A DNA stretch of 64,000 nt from Bacteroidia bacterium (GTDB lineage: Bacteria > Bacteroidota > Bacteroidia > UKL13-3): positions 20,287 to 84,286 of the forward strand of contig JAKLJI010000009.1 of NCBI GenBank assembly GCA_023151275.1, given 5' to 3'. Below the pieces are notes generated by a model. That model ran no database searches, was not told where the DNA came from, and saw only the letters and a list, made by a program, of their open reading frames with translations. Position numbers and translations under genes: made by a program. How positions within the stretch are numbered: the stretch's first letter is position 1; each line of letters opens with the position of its first letter. Positions 49,658 through 58,319 of the stretch are shown here, piece after piece.

Positions 49658-50617
49658 CTATACCGCTCTCGCATCCCATCCATTCTCATTCAAATACCGG
49701 GAAAAAACATCGGTAAATCCATGGGAAACCAAAATCTTTTTAGCCTCGGTTTGCTCAATGGCTTGAAGCAAACCCGGCCAATCGGCATGATCACTCAAAA
49801 CAAATCCACGATCGGCTGATAAGCGGCGACGTGTGCCACGAACTGCCATCCAACCGCTTGCTTGAGCATCGGAATAGGGTTCAAATTTCTTCAACCAACT
49901 TGTACCTGCCGCTGAGGGTGGCGCGATTATTAAATCACGGCGGAATTGCTTGGGTTCGGGTTGATCAGGAATCGGACTCCAGGGTTTCAAGGCATAGCCG
50001 CCCGCTTCACAAGCCTGATTCATATTGGCAACAGCTCCATGAACCCAAACTTTGCCAATTGAATGATCCACTCCTTGCAAAATCCGTTGGGCTTTACCCA
50101 AGGAATAAGCAAACATGACCGAACACAGTCCTCGTTCCTGATTTTCCTTCCACCAGGAGTTTATTTCCTGCATGATTTCCTCCTGCGGTCTCCAGCGGTA
50201 AACAGGTAATCCGAAGGTAGATTCAGTAATAAATACATCGCATTTTACTGGCTCGAAGGGTTTACTTAAACCATCAGCAACCACTTTGTAATCTCCTGCT
50301 GCGACCCAAACTTCCCCTTGATGTTCTACTCGAAGTTGAGCTGACCCTGGCACATGTCCGGAAGGGTGAAAAGAAAACTTTACTCCCTTTATTTCAAACT
50401 CATCTCCGTATCCAAACCCCGAGAGCTTCACATCCCCTAAACGATGCTTCAACAAGGGTAATCCACTTTTCTCGGCAATGTATTCCTCCATTCCCCAGCG
50501 TGCATGATCGCTATGTGCATGGGTAATTAAAGCCTTTTTCACAGGCTTATAGGGATCTATGTAAACATCTGCAGGAGGAACATACATGCCTTCCGGCCGA
50601 AATTGGATTAACTCCAT
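49658..50617 (-). CDS. MBL-fold/beta-CASP exonuclease of the ligase-associated DNA damage response type
   Basis: ITHAHSDH metallo-beta-lactamase motif, FITESTFG, and C-terminal SDHADW...HG. The overall pattern matches my memory of TIGR04122-type proteins. Confidence 0.65.
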   Translation of the reverse strand: MELIQFRPEGMYVPPADVYIDPYKPVKKALITHAHSDHARWGMEEYIAEKSGLPLLKHRLGDVKLSGFGYGDEFEIKGVKFSFHPSGHVPGSAQLRVEHQGEVWVAAGDYKVVADGLSKPFEPVKCDVFITESTFGLPVYRWRPQEEIMQEINSWWKENQERGLCSVMFAYSLGKAQRILQGVDHSIGKVWVHGAVANMNQACEAGGYALKPWSPIPDQPEPKQFRRDLIIAPPSAAGTSWLKKFEPYSDAQASGWMAVRGTRRRLSADRGFVLSDHADWPGLLQAIEQTEAKKILVSHGFTDVFSRYLNENGWDARAV

Positions 50618-50618
50618 A

Positions 50619-51827
50619 TTAGGCTTTGCGAATCATTCTGGCCATATAAAAGCCATCAAACCCACTTTCAGAGGGCAATACCGAGCGACTTTCTTCCAAT
50701 TCAAAATCAGAATTTCGTTCTAAGAATGCTTGAACCTGCTTTTCATTTTCGCGTGGGAGAATGCTGCAAGTTGCATAAACCATTTTTCCTCCAGGCTTCA
50801 CCATAATTGAATACGTATCAAGCAATTCAGCCTGAATGCCTTGCAAACGCTCAATAAAACTCATATCCAGTTTCCATTTGGCATCCGGATTCCGACGAAT
50901 AACACCCATTCCGGAACAAGGAACATCCAACAATAACCTGTCGCAGGCATGTTGCAACTTTTTAATGGTTTTGGGTCCTTCTATCAAGCGAGGTTCTACA
51001 GTACTCACCCCTGCTCTTCTTCCTCGTTTCTTCAACTCATCCAGCTTCCAAGCTTCAGTATCCATACTAATAATGCGCCCTTTATTGGCCATTACCGACG
51101 CCAAGTGTAAAGTCTTCCCTCCTGCTCCCGCACAGGCGTCAATTACACGCATACCTGGCTCCACCTGCAAAAAGGGCACTACCAATTGAGATGATGCATC
51201 CTGAACTTCAAACAAACCTTCTTTAAACTCTGGTAATAAAAACAGGTTCTGACGCTCATCCACCCGCAATCCATCTTTACATCCTTCAATGCTATGAACC
51301 TTAATGTCTTTTTCTTGGAAAATTTTAACCAATTTATCCTTTGTTGTTTTCAACAAATTCACCCGAATTACCAATGAGGCTGGTTCATTTAACGCTTCTG
51401 CCTCAATATTCCATTGTTTACCTAACTCTTCATAAAGGAGTTTATCCATCCAATCAGGATAAGATTGCAATACTTTACGCTGGGTTTTAATTTGGTTATA
51501 CGTATGCTCTATCTTCTTCGCATCAACGTTCTTAAACTCTTCCCATTTCGGCAATGCAACTCCTTTTAAAACCTGCCAGGTTCCAAATAAGGTGTACTGA
51601 TTGGTCTCATTTAATTCATGAGTTTCCAATCCAGAACAGGTGCGTATTAATCGCCAATGCCTAACCATTTCATAGGTATTCTCGGCAATAAAGGCTCTAT
51701 CGCGGGCTCCCCAACGCTTGTCTGATTTCAACAAACGCTCCAGGGCTTTATCGGCATAGCGATTCTCTTCAAAAATTTGATAAACAGCAGTGTTAACCGC
51801 TTTAATTAGATTCAGATGAAATTTCAA
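50619..51827 (-). CDS. RsmB/NOP-family RNA cytosine-C5 methyltransferase
   Basis: DACAGAGGKT (SAM site), DVPCSGMGVIRRNPD and YATCS catalytic Cys motifs are present. The start is TTG. Only a 1-nt gap separates it from the exonuclease gene. Confidence 0.8.
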   Translation of the reverse strand: MKFHLNLIKAVNTAVYQIFEENRYADKALERLLKSDKRWGARDRAFIAENTYEMVRHWRLIRTCSGLETHELNETNQYTLFGTWQVLKGVALPKWEEFKNVDAKKIEHTYNQIKTQRKVLQSYPDWMDKLLYEELGKQWNIEAEALNEPASLVIRVNLLKTTKDKLVKIFQEKDIKVHSIEGCKDGLRVDERQNLFLLPEFKEGLFEVQDASSQLVVPFLQVEPGMRVIDACAGAGGKTLHLASVMANKGRIISMDTEAWKLDELKKRGRRAGVSTVEPRLIEGPKTIKKLQHACDRLLLDVPCSGMGVIRRNPDAKWKLDMSFIERLQGIQAELLDTYSIMVKPGGKMVYATCSILPRENEKQVQAFLERNSDFELEESRSVLPSESGFDGFYMARMIRKA

Positions 51828-52039
51828 AATAACAGATTTGCTGCAAAGCTAAGCCATTCATTGGGATTTTTTCTCAATCGATTGGCTTTGTTGAGGATAG
51901 GGAGATTCTCAATCAACCTAAAAATCTCTCGCAAACCGCAATGAAAACGTATTATTAGATAAATGCAAATTCCGTGAAATAGCAAATCTTAGGGCAATTT
52001 GAATCCACCTAAATTCCAGTTTCAATTAATACTCCAATG

Positions 52040-53392
52040 TTATGCATGTAAAATGCGCAGATGCTGCGGATAATAATTATTCATTCTATTCCCAAGCAAT
52101 TTCATCAAACCCAAACCTAGACCCTGCCAGGTGGCCAAATACCAGCCTTTCTGATTTCCGGCATCAAAAACCTGCTTCTGCAAATAAGCCAATGCTTGTT
52201 CTGCATTTAATTCAATAGTTTGAATACTTTCCGCTCGCATGGCAAGCATGGCCAAATCATGGGTGGGTATTAACTCGCCCCGCTTATCCAATTCCCCCAA
52301 TTGAATCCCCGCTTGAAAAAGCAATTTTCGATCAACTAAAAACTCAAGCCAAGCTTCATGTTGCTTTGGAAACGCGTAATAATTACTTCCATAATTCGTG
52401 AAACTTAAGCTCTCAAAATTGGACAACCAATCAGCAAATACGGCAATTTTGGCTCGACCCACATAATTCAGCTTGGTTATTTTCCGCCCATCTCGCTGTC
52501 CAGAACTTTCCTTTTTTTGCAATACAGCAATAAAGAATCCTTCTCCGGGTGTACGGTGAAAGGGAAACCGTACCATGCCTTTCCCGGGAATTTCAAGATT
52601 CCAGTCTGCCGGAACATCTAAGTCAACCGATTCAAGTCCCATGCTTTGTAAATGTTTCACCACGGCCTCGTCCTCCTTTTGATTTAAAGTGCATGTACTG
52701 TAAATCAAATAACCACCTTCCCGCAAGGCAGGCAAGGCATCTTCAACAATCCGTTGCTGCCTCAGGCTACACATGTCAACCGCTTCAGGACTCCATTCTT
52801 CCATGGCCGCCGGATCTCTTCTAAACAAACCTTCTCCACTGCATGGCGCATCAATTACAATTAGATCAAAAAAACCTTGGATTTTCCCAAAGGCCGCCGG
52901 CTCAAGGTTGGTAACATGGGTATTTAACAAACCCCATTTAACCAAGTTATCACGCAAAACCTGTACGCGACTTTTCAAAATCTCATTTGAAATCAATAAA
53001 TCATCCGCGCTAATAAGACTAGCCAAATGCGTGCTTTTGCCTCCTGGAGCTGCACACAAATCAAGCACCTTTAGGGCTCTCCCTTCTTCACGTAAGGGCT
53101 TCTCAATGCATTGAAAAGCAAATTCAAGAAACATACTGCTAGCTTCTTGAACATAATATGCTCCGGCATGGAAAAAAGGATCAAGCGTAAATGAAGGGCG
53201 CTGCCCGAGCAATCTCCCATATTTGGACCAAGCCACCTGCTCTTCCTGACTAAAAACAGGTGCCGGCTTAAAGGGATTGATGCGAATGGCTGTTCTGGGT
53301 GCTAACTGCATAGCCCCAAGGAGTAACTCTGCTTCCTTGGGGCCATACTGTTGATGGATTTGTTGTACAAATAAGGTGTAATTGGAATTCAA
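52040..53392 (-). CDS. RsmF/YebU-like RNA cytosine-C5 methyltransferase
   Basis: DLCAAPGGKST, DAPCSGEGLFRRDP and YSTCT motifs are present, with a C-terminal extension like RsmF. The start is TTG. Confidence 0.75.
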   Translation of the reverse strand: MNSNYTLFVQQIHQQYGPKEAELLLGAMQLAPRTAIRINPFKPAPVFSQEEQVAWSKYGRLLGQRPSFTLDPFFHAGAYYVQEASSMFLEFAFQCIEKPLREEGRALKVLDLCAAPGGKSTHLASLISADDLLISNEILKSRVQVLRDNLVKWGLLNTHVTNLEPAAFGKIQGFFDLIVIDAPCSGEGLFRRDPAAMEEWSPEAVDMCSLRQQRIVEDALPALREGGYLIYSTCTLNQKEDEAVVKHLQSMGLESVDLDVPADWNLEIPGKGMVRFPFHRTPGEGFFIAVLQKKESSGQRDGRKITKLNYVGRAKIAVFADWLSNFESLSFTNYGSNYYAFPKQHEAWLEFLVDRKLLFQAGIQLGELDKRGELIPTHDLAMLAMRAESIQTIELNAEQALAYLQKQVFDAGNQKGWYLATWQGLGLGLMKLLGNRMNNYYPQHLRILHA

Positions 53393-53401
53393 GCCGCTAA
53401 T

Positions 53402-53785
53402 TTAGAGGCTGCGGGCTAAAAATCCTTCAAATTCAACTTTCATTTCCTTGTACAACCTGACAAATGTGTCAAATTTCTCGGCCAGTTCACTTGGTTCTTT
53501 GTAAATAATCCGGTCACTGGCAACAGGTTGGCTAATTGCCGTTGCAACCAATTCCGATTCCTGCTCGTTCAACTCATGTTTGAACTCATCAATTACCTCA
53601 CGCTGACGAATAAATAAGTTTTGAAAATGCTCAACCCTACTCAAGAGCTCCTTGCTGGTATTGCGTGCGGCAACTTCTTCAAGACGTTTCACCAAAACCC
53701 CTAACTCTTCCTGATAAAAGGCTAAATCACTTAACCAGCCCTTAATCGATTGGTGAATGTCCACCATGTGTTTCTTCTGTTCCAT
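53402..53785 (-). CDS. Hypothetical helical protein
   Basis: 127 aa from the ATG at 53785, with a coiled-coil-like composition. No family was recognised. Confidence 0.4.
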   Translation of the reverse strand: MEQKKHMVDIHQSIKGWLSDLAFYQEELGVLVKRLEEVAARNTSKELLSRVEHFQNLFIRQREVIDEFKHELNEQESELVATAISQPVASDRIIYKEPSELAEKFDTFVRLYKEMKVEFEGFLARSL

Positions 53786-54152
53786 TGGATTGCAAATTGA
53801 TACTTCAAAACTGTATCCAAAATCAGACAGCTCCAATGAGCAATATCACGCAGCAAATTGATTTCAATTCCCTTGCATTTTCCAAAAATTTCACTAGCTT
53901 TAGATTCTTTCTTGTTTGCAATCCGATCCGTCATCCATTATGCCATCGGCTAATGGGTCTGGCATTTTTTCTTAATGCTGACAAAATTTACAGTCTAAAT
54001 TTCACTCGTTTTAATTTATAAGAATCTCCTCAAATCCACTCCCAACAAGGCTTTCAAGGGTACCCGCTTCTTAAAATACTGTTTAATACAAGAGTGGTTT
54101 TGAACTACGGCACCATTTTGGCTAATTTCACCCACAAAAAAGGAAACAAGAT

Positions 54153-55670
54153 ATGATGAATCGTTTTGCGATGAGTAAAGCCTTGCTAATTCTGGGGCTT
54201 CTGCTACCGGCAGTTAACATCATGGCTCAAACCAAAAAAACAGCTGAACCTAAACTAGCAGCTCCCACTGTAAAAACAGGAAAAGGCGGATACGAAATAA
54301 CCGTTAACCTGCACGGTTGGGCTGGAAAAAAATTCTACCTGGGCTACTATTTCGGAGATAAACAATACTTGCGCGACTCTGCTCAAGCCGATAAAACAGG
54401 AAAAGTGGTGTTCAAAGGCGATGCAACTCTGGAAGGTGGCATCTACATGATGGCTACCTACGAAAAAAATCTAATGTTCGACTTTGTTGTTACCGAGCAG
54501 GTTTTTACACTTGATACCGATACCGCCGACTTTATCGGTACCATGAAGGTTAAAAATTCCTATGAAAACGAAATCTTCTTCGATTACACTAAACTTACCA
54601 GCATCAAAGGTCGGGAAGCCATGCGCATTGAAGGCCTGATTAAAGAAGCAAGAGAGAAGAAAGATACCGCTACCGAGCGCATTCAAACTCAAGAATACAG
54701 AAAAATAACCAGCGAATTGGCCGACTACCGTAAAAATTTGGTTGCTAAACACCCAACCACTTTATTGTCTAAAATCTTCCGCATCATGACAGATATTGAA
54801 GTTCCGGATGCCCCAAGAGATGAAAAAGGAATAATTACCGATTCAAGTTTCCAATACAAGTATTACAAGGCACATTATTTCGACAATTTTGATTGGGCAG
54901 ATGAACGCATCGTTCGTACCCCTGTATTCCACAACAAATTCGAAAACTACATCACCAAAGTAACCCTCCAAAGCCCTGAATGCATTATTGCTTCTGCAGA
55001 TTATGTGCTGAAACAAGCTGCTGCGGGAAAAGAAAATTTTAAATACTGTTTATACTGGATTACCAACCATTACGAAACATCTACCTATATGGGTCACGAT
55101 AAGGTTTTTGTGCACATGGTTGATAATTATTACGCCAAAGGAAAAGCATTTTGGATTGATGAAACCCTACTCTTCAAAATGAAAGATCGGGCAGATAAAT
55201 TGCGCTACAACCTCATTGGTGTAAATGGAAAAAACCTGAACATGATTGATACCAATGGTATTTATCATTCCCTGTATAATATGAAAGGAAAATACACCTT
55301 GTTAATTTTCTGGGATGCAAATTGCGGAAAATGCAAGGAGGAAATGCCTAAATTGGTTAAATTATACGAAGAATTAAATGCCAATAAAAAGCAAAATTAT
55401 TTCGATGTATTTAGCGTTTCCGTTACTCCTGATGCCAACGATTGGGTAAAATACCTGAGAGATAAAAAATTCAAATGGGTAAATGTGTACGACCCAACCA
55501 ACGAGACCAATTTTAGAAATTTCTACGACATTTATTCAACCCCGGTCTTATTCTTAATGGACCAAAACAAAAAGATAATTGCCAAACGAATTGGTGTTGA
55601 ACAATTAAAAGATTTTATTCAGGATTACGATTCCGGAAAAATAAAATACTCAGAAACTTGTCCTGATTAA
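54153..55670 (+). CDS. TlpA/thioredoxin-fold protein with long N-terminal domains (DUF4369/DUF5106-like)
   Basis: Signal peptide. The C-terminal thioredoxin fold carries FWDANCGKCKEEMP (CxxC) and YDIYSTPVLFL. Confidence 0.7.
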   Translation: MMNRFAMSKALLILGLLLPAVNIMAQTKKTAEPKLAAPTVKTGKGGYEITVNLHGWAGKKFYLGYYFGDKQYLRDSAQADKTGKVVFKGDATLEGGIYMMATYEKNLMFDFVVTEQVFTLDTDTADFIGTMKVKNSYENEIFFDYTKLTSIKGREAMRIEGLIKEAREKKDTATERIQTQEYRKITSELADYRKNLVAKHPTTLLSKIFRIMTDIEVPDAPRDEKGIITDSSFQYKYYKAHYFDNFDWADERIVRTPVFHNKFENYITKVTLQSPECIIASADYVLKQAAAGKENFKYCLYWITNHYETSTYMGHDKVFVHMVDNYYAKGKAFWIDETLLFKMKDRADKLRYNLIGVNGKNLNMIDTNGIYHSLYNMKGKYTLLIFWDANCGKCKEEMPKLVKLYEELNANKKQNYFDVFSVSVTPDANDWVKYLRDKKFKWVNVYDPTNETNFRNFYDIYSTPVLFLMDQNKKIIAKRIGVEQLKDFIQDYDSGKIKYSETCPD

Positions 55671-55673
55671 TTT

Positions 55674-55708
55674 GAAAAATGGTCGCCAATTGGTGGCCAT
55701 TTTTTTTC
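55674..55708 (+). terminator. Rho-independent terminator after the TlpA-like gene
   Basis: atggtcgc / gtggccat stem (two G-U pairs) followed by TTTTTTTT. Confidence 0.6.
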
Positions 55709-55832
55709 ACTATTCTCAATTCCTCTCCGGAATAATTCGTTTTTGTGGGCTTTCCTTTTGGGGCCGCAAATATCCCAAATCATCCAAATGCATCTGGCCC
55801 CAAAAGGGCAGGCTGTACACTCCTACTCCGCA

Positions 55833-55945
55833 GGCTTCAAGCTGCCGGCTGTACGTGTTGAAGGGAGAGCTTCCTGTGGTCGCTTCCCTCAACAAACAGC
55901 CGGCGCTTAAAGCCTTTGCGGGGTATCCGCTCCCATCCCTAAAGC
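55833..55945 (-). repeat. GC-rich structured intergenic element, copy A (candidate ncRNA or REP-like hairpin)
   Basis: On the minus strand, ggctttaagc/gcttgaagcc, gccggctgt/acagccggc and gttgaggga/tcccttcaac surround the loop agcgaccacaggaagctc. The 5-prime flank ttagggatgggagcggatacccc is shared with copy B. Confidence 0.5.
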
Positions 55946-56112
55946 AAAATTCACTCATAAATTTCAGAAACTCGAGCAATACCAATTAATCGCCGATATG
56001 GCTAATGTTACCTCAAAATCCTAGCAATTCAACCATCAAAATTTTTACAATGTACTGAAAACTAGTATTTCAAAAGATTAACCTATATTGAAGTTTAAAT
56101 CTCCCCAATGCC

Positions 56113-57366
56113 GTGCAAACAAGCTCCTCAAAATTAAAATGGATTTTACGCAGCAGCCTTTTTGTATTTGGCTTGTTTGGAATATCAATTCCATTTGAAA
56201 CCAAACATTTTTCTATCGTATTATTTGTCCTTGGAATTGCTATCCTATTCGTATTCATCGCTCTAAAAACTATCAATTCATCACTCAAAAATCAATACAA
56301 AGCAAAAAATGGATTCCTGATTTTTTCAATTTCCCTTTTTGCGTTCTCAATCCTATCCGAGTTCAAACAATTTCCAGGCACCAATTTCGAACGAGTAATA
56401 GCCGTCTTCTTCTATTGTTTCGCCTTTGCTCCACTAGAGCTGCACTTAAAATACCTCAAATGGAAAGAATATAGCCAATACAAATGGGAAATTCTTCTAC
56501 TTAGTAGTATTGATTTCCTGGGTATGAATTTTGTTCTCCTTGGCTTCCTTTCATTGTATCAAAATTGGCCTGTCCCCTGGATTCTAATTTATTCCGGGAG
56601 TGGATTACTGCTTCTAGGCTTAGTATTGTGGAATTATCGGTTTAAAAAAGAAGTTGTTCGCAGAAAGGAAGCTGAAGAGAAAATACGCTTGCAGGTTGCC
56701 GAAATCGAAAAAGCCAAAGAACAATCTGATACACTTTTATTGAACATTCTACCTCGGGAAGTTGCAGAGGAACTCAAAAGTACAGGCACATCTGATGCCA
56801 GACATTTTGATGAGGTTACAGTACTATTTACCGATTTTAAGGATTTTACGGGTTGGTCTTCAAAAATGAGTGCCTTAGAATTGGTAGAAGAAATCAATAC
56901 CTGCTTTATGGCTTTCGATAAAATCACCGAAAAATACGGTGTCGAAAAAATCAAAACCATTGGTGATAGCTACATGTGTGCCGGTGGTTTGCCGGTTTCA
57001 AACAAAACCCACGCAGAGGATGTAGTAAGGGCTGGCTTGGAAATGCAGGAGTTTATTAAAGAGTACAGCCTCAAACGAAAAGCACTTGGAAAAGAACCTT
57101 TCCAAATTCGCATTGGCATCCATACCGGACCCGTAGTTGCCGGAATTGTGGGGATTAAAAAATTTGCTTACGATATCTGGGGAGATACCGTGAATACCGC
57201 TAGCCGAATGGAAAGCGCGGCGGAACCGGGAAAAGTGAACATCAGTATGGCAACTTGGCAAAAAATCAATTCCATGTTTTCCTGCACATACCGCGGAAAA
57301 ATCTCAGTAAAAGCAAAAGGTGAACTCGATATGTATTTTGTGGATAGAGAACTTCCTACCAATTAA
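56113..57366 (+). CDS. Membrane-anchored class III adenylate/guanylate cyclase
   Basis: About 6 N-terminal TM helices and a coiled coil precede the cyclase domain VTVLFTDFKDFT...KTIGDSYMCAGGLP...IRIGIHTGPVVAGIVG...YDIWGDTVNTASRMES. The start is GTG. Confidence 0.85.
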   Translation: MQTSSSKLKWILRSSLFVFGLFGISIPFETKHFSIVLFVLGIAILFVFIALKTINSSLKNQYKAKNGFLIFSISLFAFSILSEFKQFPGTNFERVIAVFFYCFAFAPLELHLKYLKWKEYSQYKWEILLLSSIDFLGMNFVLLGFLSLYQNWPVPWILIYSGSGLLLLGLVLWNYRFKKEVVRRKEAEEKIRLQVAEIEKAKEQSDTLLLNILPREVAEELKSTGTSDARHFDEVTVLFTDFKDFTGWSSKMSALELVEEINTCFMAFDKITEKYGVEKIKTIGDSYMCAGGLPVSNKTHAEDVVRAGLEMQEFIKEYSLKRKALGKEPFQIRIGIHTGPVVAGIVGIKKFAYDIWGDTVNTASRMESAAEPGKVNISMATWQKINSMFSCTYRGKISVKAKGELDMYFVDRELPTN

Positions 57367-57375
57367 GTTCTCTTT

Positions 57376-58233
57376 CTAACCTCTCGAAAATACAGGAACC
57401 GCGGCCTGCATGGCTTCAACAAATGCTTTTGCATCAACCCCAGTTGGAATTTTCATTTCATCAAACCAACTTAACATCTGCTCCGTGGGCATATTGCCGG
57501 TGAGTTTATCTGCAGCCATCGGACAGCCACCAAAACCTTTGATGGCACCATCAAACCTGCGGCATCCTGCGGCATAAGCGGCTTCAACCTTCTCGCGCCA
57601 AGTATCCGGAGTGGTATGCAAATGCGCCCCAAATTCAACCCCCGGCAGTTCGGGTATCAAATTCGAGAACAAATAGGATATACTTTCCGGATTGGCAATC
57701 CCAATGGTATCACTGAGGGAAAGGATTTCAACTCCCATTTGCTGCAACTTACGCGCCCAGCTTGCCGTAATTTCAGCATCCCATGGGTCACCGTAAGGAT
57801 TTCCAAAGCCCATCGAAAGATAAATCACCGCCTTTTTACCGGATTTTACGCAGATTTCCTGAATCGTCTCAACCGTTTTAAGCGAATCCTGAATGGAACT
57901 ATTGGTATTTCTTTGCTGAAAGGTTTCTGAAATGCTAAATGGAAATCCCAGGTAGGCAATTTCGTCAAATTTTGAAGCATCATCAGCGCCCCGGCTATTG
58001 GCCACAATCGCCAACAATTGGGTTTGAGTTTGCGAAAGATCTAGCAAATTCAATACTTCAACGGTATCCCGAAGCTGCGGAATTGCCTTTGGAGACACAA
58101 AGCTGCCGAAGTCCAAGGTGTGAAAACCGGCTTTCAAAAGCAGATTCAAATAGGCTGCCTTTTCTGCAGTAGGAATGAATTCATGCAAGCCTTGCATGGC
58201 ATCGCGCGGACATTCAACAAGTTTTAGCTCCAT
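57376..58233 (-). CDS. Hydroxymethylglutaryl-CoA lyase
   Basis: ECPRDAMQG...FVSPKAIPQ...HLHTT are HMGL-like TIM-barrel motifs. Length is 285 aa. Confidence 0.85.
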   Translation of the reverse strand: MELKLVECPRDAMQGLHEFIPTAEKAAYLNLLLKAGFHTLDFGSFVSPKAIPQLRDTVEVLNLLDLSQTQTQLLAIVANSRGADDASKFDEIAYLGFPFSISETFQQRNTNSSIQDSLKTVETIQEICVKSGKKAVIYLSMGFGNPYGDPWDAEITASWARKLQQMGVEILSLSDTIGIANPESISYLFSNLIPELPGVEFGAHLHTTPDTWREKVEAAYAAGCRRFDGAIKGFGGCPMAADKLTGNMPTEQMLSWFDEMKIPTGVDAKAFVEAMQAAVPVFSRG

Positions 58234-58319
58234 AAAGCAATTATTTTCAAGAATTTCAAGGGCAAAAATATCCTTTTAATCCATACCTTTGACGTCCTTT
58301 TAACGAATCAAACTTACCA

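Noticed and set aside
50619-53392. Two adjacent Sun-family methyltransferases as a recent tandem duplication
   Set aside because: The sequences are highly divergent outside the catalytic motifs and have different domain extensions (RsmB-like versus RsmF-like). They are distinct paralogues.
55672-55989. 105-aa plus-strand ORF and overlapping 89-aa minus-strand ORF
   Set aside because: Both strands are open over a GC-rich palindromic repeat. There are no recognisable protein motifs. The region is better explained as a non-coding structured element.
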